A stretch of 64,000 bases of DNA, taken from a virus. The translations under genes were made by a program, and so were the position numbers. Location of the stretch: positions 53,503 to 117,502 of IMG/VR virus record IMGVR_UViG_3300043411_001314; one strand, written 5' to 3'. Within the stretch, counting starts at the first letter, position 1. Each line of letters begins with the position of its first letter. The notes beneath the pieces are model-generated. The model saw only the letters and a program-made list of their open reading frames with translations. It had not been told where the DNA came from and did not search any database. Shown one piece after another: positions 19,136-27,220 of this stretch.

Positions 19136-19371
19136 TGCCGACTATCGACGACGTCTTCCCGCCCGAGCAGTGCTCGCCAGAGCCCGAACGGGCAGCCGAC
19201 CCTGAGGTCCTCGGCACCCGCCTGGCGATGGAGCGGGCAATCCACCTCTGCCCCCTCGGGGACGACTCGAAGACCCGCTGCTGCGGCGTCCTGATGTTCG
19301 AGCTGCCGCTCGACGACCGCATCACCATGGACCCCCACCGGGTCCGGTGCATGGTAAGGTCGTTCCCGTGA
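19135..19371 (+). CDS. hypothetical protein
   Basis: TGATG coupling; Cys/His-rich. Confidence 0.6.
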   Translation: MPTIDDVFPPEQCSPEPERAADPEVLGTRLAMERAIHLCPLGDDSKTRCCGVLMFELPLDDRITMDPHRVRCMVRSFP

Positions 19372-19435
19372 CCACCACCCTGCTCCGATCTTCATCGAGT
19401 AGCAGCTAGCACCGCGGACCATTCCGCGGTGCCTT

Positions 19436-19518
19436 GGAGGGTGCCGCGGAATGGTCCGCAACCGGTCTCGAAAACCGGGGTGGTCGAAAGGCCAGGGGTT
19501 CGATCCCTCCACCTTCCG
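19436..19518 (+). tRNA. tRNA-Ser(CGA)
   Basis: GGAGGGT/ACCTTCC acceptor, CCGGT-CTCGAAA-ACCGG, long variable arm, G73; CCA not encoded. Confidence 0.9.
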
Positions 19519-19522
19519 CCCT

Positions 19523-19611
19523 GGAGCGTTGACCGAGTAGGTAAGGTGCCGGGTTGCTAACCCGAGGTCAGCCGTCAGGCTGGGCAGGTTCGAACCCTGC
19601 ACGCTCCGCCA
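19523..19611 (+). tRNA. tRNA-Ser(GCU)
   Basis: GGAGCGT/ACGCTCC acceptor, loop TTGCTAA, long variable arm, GCCA end. Confidence 0.92.
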
Positions 19612-19786
19612 TACAGAACGAGCAGTTCCCGGCGAAGATGTCGTTGCTTCCCACGTACTGGCCGTGGACGCAGTAGTTCCTGGAGTGCAGCGGATCCCGC
19701 TCGTCCATGAGCTTCTTCCACTGCCGGCCGACGGTCTCGCTCGGGCCTCGGGCGGGCCCTGTCATGACCCTGCCTCTCGCCGCCAT
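19568..19786 (-). CDS. hypothetical protein overlapping tRNA-Ser antisense
   Basis: CxH...CxxC; last gene of the leftward block. Confidence 0.4.
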   Translation of the reverse strand: MAARGRVMTGPARGPSETVGRQWKKLMDERDPLHSRNYCVHGQYVGSNDIFAGNCSFCMAERAGFEPAQPDG

Positions 19787-19796
19787 TCGCGCCAGC

Positions 19797-20336
19797 TCAT
19801 GGGTCTACCTGTCCGGTGTTGGCCACGAGGTCTTCGAGGCTGGGGTGGTGGGAGTACCAGTCGTCGGGTGAGTCCTCGCGGGCGTTGAGGCGGATCTCCA
19901 TCCACCCGAAGGCGAGGTGGAGGATGTCGGTCTCATCGGTCGGGTCGAGGGTGATCTCGGACTCGATCTGAAGCTCCTCGGCTAGCTCGGCCAGCCAGGC
20001 TGCCTCCCGGGAGTCCGGACATTCCGGGTCAGGGGCCCAGGCCCGGAGTGTCACTCTGACACGGTGGCGGTGGGCGGCCAGCACGAGGCGGGTCAGGTTC
20101 GCCGAGTCGTAGGTGCTCAGCTCGGAGCGGCACAAGAAGGCGAGCCCGGTCGGGGTGACCCATGGACGGGTGCCGGCATCGTGCAGGTTGTAGATCCGTG
20201 TCATGTCCCACATCGCCTGGGCGCAGCGCTGCTGGGGCTCGGAGAGCTCGAGGTTCAGCCGGCGGGCGAGCCAGTCGGCCCCGGGGTAGGTCGTGGTCGC
20301 GGTCATGGGGAACCATGCATCCTCAGGGGTGGCCAT
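19797..20336 (-). CDS. hypothetical protein
   Basis: TGATG coupling (MATPEDAW...); ELSTYDSANLTRLV...HRHRVRV. Confidence 0.7.
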   Translation of the reverse strand: MATPEDAWFPMTATTTYPGADWLARRLNLELSEPQQRCAQAMWDMTRIYNLHDAGTRPWVTPTGLAFLCRSELSTYDSANLTRLVLAAHRHRVRVTLRAWAPDPECPDSREAAWLAELAEELQIESEITLDPTDETDILHLAFGWMEIRLNAREDSPDDWYSHHPSLEDLVANTGQVDP

Positions 20337-21328
20337 CAGAAGTCCCCTTCCGCTACCTGCCAGCAGGGCAGGCCGAGTAGGCGCCACATGCGCACCACGC
20401 TGTTGCGGTCGTCGAACACGGCGGTCACGTGGAAGTGCGGCCGGATCCGCTCGGTGTAGATCTCGAGTTTGACCACCGAGTCCGGGCGCTGGTCGTCGCC
20501 GGCCCGCATCATCAGCTTGGCCCCCAGGAGCCGCTCCTCCTGGTCCCGGGTGAGGAGGCCGTCTTCCCGGGCCTTGGTCGTGGACTTCACGAACCAGTCG
20601 ACCGTCTGGCTCTCGTGCTTGTCGCTCCGACCGGAGCAGAGGATGACGTGCGGCTGGCCGGCCGCGGCTCGGGCCACCTGGACGTTGAACTTGTCCGTGT
20701 GGCAGTTGGCGGCGTCGTAGGGGTTGCGGCCCTGGTGGATGGCCAGGGTGCCGTCGAGGTCGACCAGGCAGGTCTCGGGGAGGGTCTCGTCCTGCCACAC
20801 CTGCAGCTTGGGCTTCGCCGGAGCGTCGGAGAGCAGGAGCTCGCAGGCTTCACGGGGGCTCAGCGTCTGCCAGCGGCGGAATCTCCCCCGGTTCTCAGCG
20901 GCCTCCTGGTAGATACGCCCGACGACATCGGGCCCGACGCTCTTGGGCCGGACCTTGTCTCGGTACAGGCAGTCCTGTAGGGGTACGTCGGTGAAGTCCA
21001 CGATGGCCACGTCCGCTTCGACGGCGATCATCCGTGAGATCCTCGCCGGCGTGGAGGGGTTGGCGTGCGTGTTGTGCACGATGACGTCACGGCCACGCGC
21101 CACGGCCTCGTACACGACCTGGTCGTGGACGCGCTTCACCAGCGTCTCGTCGATCTTGCCCATGCCGTCGACGAACGCCCTGCCGCGGTCGACCATCGAG
21201 CGGAGGTCGTCGAGCGACACCAGCTTCACCCGGCCGGCCGGCAGACCATCAGCGACTCCCTTGGCCCACGTCGACTTCCCGGACCCCGGCGCACCGCGGG
21301 TGAACAACACCACTGGGCGCCGACTCAT
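20336..21328 (-). CDS. pseT: polynucleotide 5'-kinase/3'-phosphatase (T4 PseT-like)
   Basis: P-loop GAPGSGKST, SLDDLR; HAD motifs DLDGT, SGR, FDDR; QVAEGDF end. Confidence 0.92.
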   Translation of the reverse strand: MSRRPVVLFTRGAPGSGKSTWAKGVADGLPAGRVKLVSLDDLRSMVDRGRAFVDGMGKIDETLVKRVHDQVVYEAVARGRDVIVHNTHANPSTPARISRMIAVEADVAIVDFTDVPLQDCLYRDKVRPKSVGPDVVGRIYQEAAENRGRFRRWQTLSPREACELLLSDAPAKPKLQVWQDETLPETCLVDLDGTLAIHQGRNPYDAANCHTDKFNVQVARAAAGQPHVILCSGRSDKHESQTVDWFVKSTTKAREDGLLTRDQEERLLGAKLMMRAGDDQRPDSVVKLEIYTERIRPHFHVTAVFDDRNSVVRMWRLLGLPCWQVAEGDF

Positions 21329-21792
21329 GACATCCCCATGTGCCGCGCCTGGAGGCTGCCAGAGTAGGCGGACCGATAGAGGGAGGCCAGGAACATCAGC
21401 ATGTCCCCGAAGGCCATGCCCTCCTCGACCGCCTCGTCGACGATGTCTAGGGCGGCGTCGATGTTGCCACCGGACAGCAACGTCAGGAGTCGGAGAACCC
21501 GCGCTTCGGCTGCCCGGGTGTGGTCGTCGAGCTCGATGATCTGCCCAGTGGTGGGGTGCTGGACCATCATGCCCTCCACCTCGATGGCTCCCCCTTCCGG
21601 GGAGCCGAGGGCGATCCGGATGTGGGGGAGGAGCAGCCGGGCCAGGGTGTCGATGGCGGCGATGCCGGTGATCACGTTCCCCAGGTTGGAGGCGGCTGCC
21701 ACGACTTCGTGCTCGTGGGGGCTGTCCTTGATGGTGGTGACGAGGGTGTGGACGGCCTTCATGTCCGGTTCGGGTTGGTCAGGGGGCATCAT
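21325..21792 (-). CDS. hypothetical protein
   Basis: Coupled at both ends (MMPPDQ...). Confidence 0.7.
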   Translation of the reverse strand: MMPPDQPEPDMKAVHTLVTTIKDSPHEHEVVAAASNLGNVITGIAAIDTLARLLLPHIRIALGSPEGGAIEVEGMMVQHPTTGQIIELDDHTRAAEARVLRLLTLLSGGNIDAALDIVDEAVEEGMAFGDMLMFLASLYRSAYSGSLQARHMGMS

Positions 21793-22925
21793 CAGGATCT
21801 CCAGTGAAAGGAAAGCTCGAGCTCGGGCCGGGCGGCTGCCCAGCATGCGGCTTTGAACTTGGTGGTGTTGCCGTCGAGCAACATGAACAGGAACGGTCGG
21901 TGCGGGCTGGCGGTTGCCAGCATGGCGAACTGCTTGCGCATGGCGCTGTCGTCTCGGATCTCGGGCGCTGGGGCGCCCATCTCCTGGAGGATGGCCCGGT
22001 ACGCCTTGAAGGCGCCACGCATCACCTCCCACTTCTTGTTGCGGATGGAACGGATCTGGTCGTTCAGCCAGCGCCGGAACTCGTCGGGGACCGTGTCGTA
22101 GAGCCGGTCCATGCCGGTGTCGGTCCGCAGGTAGTCCCAGACGGTCCGACTGGTGCAGCCGGTGAGGAGGGCGTAGAGGCGGACGTACTCGGCTTCCTTG
22201 GCTTTGGCCCGGGTCACGCCGTCGGCGGACACCAGCACGTACCCCTCGCTGTTCGGCCGTGACGGCAGGGACGGAAGGTCATGCGGTCCACCGAGGATGC
22301 CGAGCACCTCGACGCGGGCCCACGGCCACCAGTCGAACACCGGGTCGTGAGGGGAGGTGAAGTTCCCGGTGGCGATCTCGATCGCACCGAGCAGCCGGAG
22401 CTCGGCCAGCCGGCCGTAGTCCACCACGATCCGGTTCTCCGGGTAGATGATCTCGGCCAGGATGGTGTGCTCGGCCGGGTCGAGGTCGAACGGGAGCTGG
22501 TCACACAGTGGAACCCGCTCACTGAAGAGGTCGTTGGCGAACGCAGCCTGCTTGCCGGCGAAGGATCCCTTCGTGGCCCACCGGAAGCTCCCCTCAGCGT
22601 CGAGGTGGCCGACCCCAAGCGTTCCATCGGCTTTGTCGTAGGCGGTGACAGGTGGGGCCAGGTCGATCGGCCCGGCCGGCCCGTCGTCACCGTGCTCGCC
22701 CAGGTTGAAGAACTTGGGGAAGGGGCGAGCCACCACGGTCCCGTCGTCGGCCAGGATCAGCCCGCGACAGGTCCGCGTCACGTCGTCCCAGGCCCGGGTG
22801 AACTGGACCCGCTGGGTGTAGCAGTAGATGCTGAGCGGCTGCGTCGGGTGACGTTGGGCCCGGACCAGGCCCTGTTCGATGTGGCGCTCCAGCAGCTTGG
22901 GGTTGAAGAGCTCGTCGACCTTCAC
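21792..22925 (-). CDS. RNA ligase (T4 Rnl1 family)
   Basis: CRGLI...ARPFPKFFN, motif I KADG, EIIYPENRIVVDY, EGYV, KAK..EY. Confidence 0.92.
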   Translation of the reverse strand: MKVDELFNPKLLERHIEQGLVRAQRHPTQPLSIYCYTQRVQFTRAWDDVTRTCRGLILADDGTVVARPFPKFFNLGEHGDDGPAGPIDLAPPVTAYDKADGTLGVGHLDAEGSFRWATKGSFAGKQAAFANDLFSERVPLCDQLPFDLDPAEHTILAEIIYPENRIVVDYGRLAELRLLGAIEIATGNFTSPHDPVFDWWPWARVEVLGILGGPHDLPSLPSRPNSEGYVLVSADGVTRAKAKEAEYVRLYALLTGCTSRTVWDYLRTDTGMDRLYDTVPDEFRRWLNDQIRSIRNKKWEVMRGAFKAYRAILQEMGAPAPEIRDDSAMRKQFAMLATASPHRPFLFMLLDGNTTKFKAACWAAARPELELSFHWRS

Positions 22926-22947
22926 ACTTCCACCATCTTCGCTTCGG

Positions 22948-23085
22948 TCACTTCTTCGCCTTGCCCTTCTTCTTGGGCTCGACGGCCCGTGGGTGTGCTT
23001 TGTGGAACTCGTCGGCCAGCGTCACGAGATGATCGGCCATCGGTAGGTCGCACCCGGCTTGCGGGCACTTCCACTCCTCCTTCAT
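22948..23085 (-). CDS. small hypothetical protein
   Basis: ATGA coupling; 45 aa, C-x4-C...H-x3-H, Lys-rich tail. Confidence 0.55.
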   Translation of the reverse strand: MKEEWKCPQAGCDLPMADHLVTLADEFHKAHPRAVEPKKKGKAKK

Positions 23086-23339
23086 GCGGTCCTCGCGAAC
23101 GGTGGCGGCCGGCGCCGGCGTGGTGGCTCGGCCAGGTTCTCCACGACGGCTGTTCTGGTGGCCGGGGTGAAGGTCCGCTGCTCGAGGTACTCCTTGATCC
23201 CGTCCTCGGGGATGAGGATCCTGGTGGACACTCGGTGGGCTTGGAGCTCGCCGGTGCGGATCAGCTTGTCGATCGTCCTGATGTGGACGTTCAGCAGGGA
23301 AGCGGCCTCACGTCGGCTCAGCATGGGGCTGATGGTCAT
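23082..23339 (-). CDS. excisionase-like HTH DNA-binding protein
   Basis: MLSRREAASLLNVHIRTIDKLIRTGEL (HTH_17-like). Confidence 0.85.
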   Translation of the reverse strand: MTISPMLSRREAASLLNVHIRTIDKLIRTGELQAHRVSTRILIPEDGIKEYLEQRTFTPATRTAVVENLAEPPRRRRPPPFARTA

Positions 23340-23345
23340 CCTGCA

Positions 23346-23375
23346 ACCATACCGATCGCATATCAGCGGAGTCAA
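23346..23375 (-). promoter_or_regulatory. SigA-type promoter, leaderless start
   Basis: TTGACT-N18-TATGGT, ATG 7 nt downstream. Confidence 0.65.
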
Positions 23376-24592
23376 TACCCTGAGCGTCGCCTGCCTAGGC
23401 GGTGATCGACCAAGATCTGGTGAATGAGGTCGATGTTGGGCGTCGCCGGCAGCACCGACTCGACGGCGTTGAAGCGAGCAAAGGCGTCCTCGGCCTCCGT
23501 CACCATGGCCTCCAGCGGGAGCTCCCCGAACTCGAACAGTTCCTCACGGTTCGGGACCATCACTCGCAGCTCGCCCGTCTCCAGGAGGTGGGCTCCCTGC
23601 TGCAGTAGCCGGAGCATGTGGCGGGCGTGCTTGGCCGTCCGCTTCCTGGTGTCGGCGCTGAAGGATCCGTCACCGCGGTTCTTCAGCCGATTGAACTGCG
23701 CCATGGCGTAGCCGCCGAAGGTCGCTCGGCATCGGTCCGAGAGGAAGGCGTCGAGGTTCGCTCGCAGGTCGTCGGCCAGGGGAGATGAGACCTCCGGGTC
23801 GATGGCCAGCACCTCGAGAACCGTCGGGTTGGCGGCAAGCGCCAGGCTCACGAACTTGCCCACCTCGTGCAAGGTGATGTCTGGGTCGGTGCGCGTCCAG
23901 GAGTCCTTCGGGCGCTTGTCGTTCACGCCGACCAAGAGGTGCGCCGGCGCCTCGAAGAACCCTCGGTAGTCGGTGTCGCTGTCCGGCGTGTCGAGCCCGT
24001 AAGCCTTCGAGCCGGCCACCACGACGAGCCCGACATCCATGCCCTCAGGCGGCGACCAGGGGAGGGGCCATGTCCGCACCGTCCGCACCCGTGGTCGCCC
24101 AGGCCGCCCCCCGAGGCCAGCGGCGAATGCCTCCCCGCACTCGCGGTAGTACTGCTCGATGTCGGTGGGTCGATAGCGCCGTCGGATGGCAGCGAGCGGT
24201 AGGGGCGGCGGGAAGCATGGCCTGAGCGCGTGCTGTCGGACCCGCTCTCTGGTGATGCCGAGGACCTTGGAGATCTGCCGAAGAGTCACCCCGGGGAGCG
24301 GCGGCGGGGGAGGCTGGCGCCTACTCGGCTGGGGCTGATGCCACCGCCAGGTCTTCTGTGCCTTCACCTCACCAGGTTTCAACCAGTACCGCCCGCGGTA
24401 CCCGTCCGCTTGGGCATCTTGGGTGACGTTGATGTTGCCGCCACGTGCTCGGTTCCACGAATCCTGCAGCTCCCTCTGGTCGAACATCGCCGACTCGATC
24501 AGGAACCGCATTGTCCGCTGCCTCTGTTGCGTCGCGGCCCGTTGCTCCGGGGACCACCGCGAGATGCGCTCGGGTACTCCGACCTGACTCAA
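23372..24592 (-). CDS. Pol-beta nucleotidyltransferase (YcgL/RlaP-like) with N-terminal HTH extension
   Basis: GSKAYGLDTPDSDTDYRG, NPTVLE, KHARHMLRLL; TLRQISKVLGITRERVRQ HTH. Confidence 0.85.
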   Translation of the reverse strand: MSQVGVPERISRWSPEQRAATQQRQRTMRFLIESAMFDQRELQDSWNRARGGNINVTQDAQADGYRGRYWLKPGEVKAQKTWRWHQPQPSRRQPPPPPLPGVTLRQISKVLGITRERVRQHALRPCFPPPLPLAAIRRRYRPTDIEQYYRECGEAFAAGLGGRPGRPRVRTVRTWPLPWSPPEGMDVGLVVVAGSKAYGLDTPDSDTDYRGFFEAPAHLLVGVNDKRPKDSWTRTDPDITLHEVGKFVSLALAANPTVLEVLAIDPEVSSPLADDLRANLDAFLSDRCRATFGGYAMAQFNRLKNRGDGSFSADTRKRTAKHARHMLRLLQQGAHLLETGELRVMVPNREELFEFGELPLEAMVTEAEDAFARFNAVESVLPATPNIDLIHQILVDHRLGRRRSGY

Positions 24593-24611
24593 GACGTGAC
24601 CTCCTGCGGGC

Positions 24612-25025
24612 TCACTTCTTCTTCGCCTTGCCCTTCTTGGTCGCCTTGCGCCGGGCCCGGTCCTTGGCCTTGCGGGCCGCGGCCGGCGTCTTGGTGGCCC
24701 CGGGTGGATGCTTCTCCCACCGGCCGGCCGGGGGAGCCCAGGTGGGGGTGAGTATCTCCAGGAAGAAGAACAACGAGTCGCCGAGCCCGTCGAGTCCGTC
24801 GAGTCCGTCGAGCTCGTCGAACACGTCGTGCATGGCGTCGTTGCCGAACTCGTCCTCGAGCGCTTCGCACGCCGCGTCGTACTCGAACTCAGACAGGTGT
24901 TCCAGGGCGGCGGTGACCGCCCCGCACAGGTCGGTCCGGTGGGCGAACTCGACGATCCGCCTCCCGATGACCTCCCGGCAGGTGTCGTCGTCGAGGTCGT
25001 CCAGGCCGTCCCGCAGGGCGATCAT
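24612..25025 (-). CDS. hypothetical protein
   Basis: ATGA coupling; acidic core, Lys-rich tail. Confidence 0.7.
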   Translation of the reverse strand: MIALRDGLDDLDDDTCREVIGRRIVEFAHRTDLCGAVTAALEHLSEFEYDAACEALEDEFGNDAMHDVFDELDGLDGLDGLGDSLFFFLEILTPTWAPPAGRWEKHPPGATKTPAAARKAKDRARRKATKKGKAKKK

Positions 25026-25462
25026 TCGGTCACCGCTCGGCCGGCCTCGAGGATCGGCAGCCCAGCCTCGGTCGGCACGTAGATGATCTGGCCGTTGCCG
25101 CCGGCGAGGGCGTCGATGTAGAGGTACCGCAGGTACTCCTCGGTGAGCGTCGAAGCGATGATGTCCTGCGACTCAGCCAGGCCCCGGGCCCGGATCACCT
25201 CGGCGTCGGCCTTGGCCTGGGCCTGGGTGACCTGGGAGCGGGCCGCGTACTCGGCGGCCTCGGACTTGGCCTTCTGCTCGGCGATGACCGCCTGCTTCTC
25301 CGTGTTCGCCCGGTAGAGGTTCAGTCGTGGGCTGATGATGCCCCATGCCGCGCTGATCAGGAAGATGCCGACGACGAACCCGCCGGTCACCTTGCAGCCG
25401 AACACCACCCACTGCCGGGCCTCGGCGTTCTGCGCGGCCTTCTGCTCTTCGTAGCTTGCCAT
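25022..25462 (-). CDS. membrane-anchored SPFH/band-7-like protein
   Basis: TM helix, coiled coil, EEYLRYLYI...IIYVPTEAGLPILEAGR. Confidence 0.75.
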   Translation of the reverse strand: MASYEEQKAAQNAEARQWVVFGCKVTGGFVVGIFLISAAWGIISPRLNLYRANTEKQAVIAEQKAKSEAAEYAARSQVTQAQAKADAEVIRARGLAESQDIIASTLTEEYLRYLYIDALAGGNGQIIYVPTEAGLPILEAGRAVTE

Positions 25463-25502
25463 GACTTGCTCCTTCTTGTTGTTGTCCGCGCTGGTGCGCG
25501 AG

Positions 25503-25575
25503 CGCCTTGGGCTGGGTTCGAACCAGCGACCGACCGTTTAGAAGACGGGTGCTCTATCCACTGAGCTACCAAGGC
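25503..25575 (-). tRNA. tRNA-Arg(UCU)
   Basis: GCCTTGG/CCAAGGC acceptor, loop CTTCTAA, T-loop TTCGAAC; CCA not encoded. Confidence 0.92.
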
Positions 25576-25580
25576 TGAGG

Positions 25581-25653
25581 ATCCCGGGGACCGGATCGAA
25601 CGGTCAACCGCTGCATCCAAAGTGCAGTGTTCTGCCAGTTGAACTACCCGGGA
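25581..25653 (-). tRNA. tRNA-Gln(UUG)
   Basis: TCCCGGG/CCCGGGA acceptor, CTGCA-CTTTGGA-TGCAG; U73. Confidence 0.9.
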
Positions 25654-25657
25654 AGGG

Positions 25658-25726
25658 TGGGGGTGGGCGGGCCAGTCCCAGTCCAGCGCGAGATCAACAT
25701 CGCGCGTGACTGGGCGCCCACCCCCA
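25658..25726 (-). other. long hairpin preceding tRNA-Gln
   Basis: Nested 12-, 7- and 6-bp stems ending 4 nt before the tRNA. Confidence 0.65.
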
Positions 25727-25729
25727 GAC

Positions 25730-26035
25730 CTAGAGCGAGGTCAAGCTGGAGAGTTGTCGATCGAGCTCGTTGGCGGTCATCGACGAAACGTCGAGAGTGA
25801 CCGCCCCGGTCCTGCTCATGTGGTGCCAGGCAACCGTGAGGAGGGAGCCGGTCAGGTAGGCGACGTGGCGTCGGCCGTACCGACGTCCGCGCCGCCACAC
25901 CTGCGGCTGCACCTGCTTGAAGGAGTGCCGTGCGAGCACCGACTCGAGGGTCACGGCCTCCAGAGGAAAGCCCCCAAGGAGGGGCCCATCGCCACGTTCC
26001 GACGGGGTCGGCAGGGGTGGCGATGTATCGGTCAC
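25730..26035 (-). CDS. hypothetical protein
   Basis: GTGA coupling to HTH gene. Confidence 0.5.
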   Translation of the reverse strand: MTDTSPPLPTPSERGDGPLLGGFPLEAVTLESVLARHSFKQVQPQVWRRGRRYGRRHVAYLTGSLLTVAWHHMSRTGAVTLDVSSMTANELDRQLSSLTSL

Positions 26036-26268
26036 TGTGCCGTTTCGGCGTCGACCGCGGCGAGGAGCGCCGTGGGGTCGATGCCGAGGACCTTGGCGAC
26101 CGGGATCACCTGATGGATGCGCAGCCGCTGCTTGCCCGACTCCCACATGGAGACGGTCGACTGCTTCACGCTCACCTTGTCGGCGAGCTCGGTCTGGGTC
26201 AGGCCGGCGTCGATGCGAGCCGATCTGATCACGGAGCCTAGGACGGGGGCAACAACGGTGGCGCTCAT
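26032..26268 (-). CDS. XRE/Cro-like HTH regulator
   Basis: IRSARIDAGLTQTELADKVSVKQSTVSMWESG. Confidence 0.9.
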   Translation of the reverse strand: MSATVVAPVLGSVIRSARIDAGLTQTELADKVSVKQSTVSMWESGKQRLRIHQVIPVAKVLGIDPTALLAAVDAETAQ

Positions 26269-26276
26269 TGACCCCG

Positions 26277-26312
26277 ATGATACTTGATGCGTTCGCCTGA
26301 TACAAGCATCAG
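26277..26312 (-). promoter_or_regulatory. SigA promoter with overlapping operator-like palindrome
   Basis: TTGTAT-N17-TATCAT; CTGATGC-TT-GTATCAG imperfect palindrome over the -35. Confidence 0.65.
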
Positions 26313-26327
26313 ACATACATCTTCCTC

Positions 26328-26876
26328 CTATCGACCGCTGGGGCCGAGAGCTCGAAGCTGAATCTCGGATACCAGGGCCAGCGCTGCAGGGCACTGATCG
26401 TAGAGGTAGCCCTCTGCCCGGGCCCGGGCCGACAAACCGTCGGCTTCGAACAGCGCGAGCTCCTCAGTCAGGATCCGCCCGATCGCCTTGACGTAGTTGT
26501 CGGCGAACCACAGGGACGATATGGCCGCCGTCCGCTCGGCGTCGGCGTCGCTCCGGTCGACCTCCTGTTCCGACTTGGAGCGCCTGAACCGGGTCCGGTT
26601 GTCAGGCTGGAAGGGCATGGTGAGGGTCGCCTCGGCGATGATCTTCGGGCAGAAGCGGACGATCACGTCGCCGGCGTGGGCCCCGTCACGCGGGGCGATC
26701 GGAGAGGTCCACCCGTACCGCTTGTCCGGCTCAGGGATGTCCGCCGTCTGCCAGTTCGTCGGGTGGAACGGCAGCCAGTTGATCCCCCTCTCCGGCCTGA
26801 GCCCTGACAGGTACTCGTAGACCCACTTGGCCCGCTTTCGCACGTCCTCTGGTGTGATCGACGGATGAGCCGCCAT
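26328..26876 (-). CDS. hypothetical protein
   Basis: TGATG coupling, 182 aa. Confidence 0.7.
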   Translation of the reverse strand: MAAHPSITPEDVRKRAKWVYEYLSGLRPERGINWLPFHPTNWQTADIPEPDKRYGWTSPIAPRDGAHAGDVIVRFCPKIIAEATLTMPFQPDNRTRFRRSKSEQEVDRSDADAERTAAISSLWFADNYVKAIGRILTEELALFEADGLSARARAEGYLYDQCPAALALVSEIQLRALGPSGR

Positions 26877-27220
26877 CAGAAGGTGCGCACCCAGATCCGC
26901 CCGACCAGGTCACACCAGTCGTAGAACTCGTCCCAGACGGCGTCGAACTCGTCCGTCGCTTCGGTGAGATCCCCCTCAGCCTCGACCGACAAGGCGTCAA
27001 GCTGGAAGAGGATGTCCTCGAGGTCGGGGTCGTGCTCGTCGAACCACGCGGCCTTCCTGATGCGGTCGGTGATCACCCCAGCCTTCGCCCATACCTCAGT
27101 GCTGTCGTCGTGGAAGACGTCGGACACGTCGAGTTTGCCGGCCCACGTCGGCAGCCCAGCTGCTCGTCGTTCCCCCGCTCGTGCGTGGGCGGCGATCTTC
27201 GATTCGATGGATCGTCCCAT
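26876..27220 (-). CDS. hypothetical protein
   Basis: Coupled; EFDAVWDEFYDWCD motif. Confidence 0.75.
   Translation of the reverse strand: MGRSIESKIAAHARAGERRAAGLPTWAGKLDVSDVFHDDSTEVWAKAGVITDRIRKAAWFDEHDPDLEDILFQLDALSVEAEGDLTEATDEFDAVWDEFYDWCDLVGRIWVRTF

Noticed and set aside
23082-23339. Integration module
   Set aside because: Xis-like HTH only; no integrase or attP evident in the window
22948-24640. Near-duplicate TCACTTCTTC..GCCTTGCCCTTCTT at 22948 and 24612
   Set aside because: Explained by two Lys-rich C-termini (KKGKAKK) using AAG codons; only two copies
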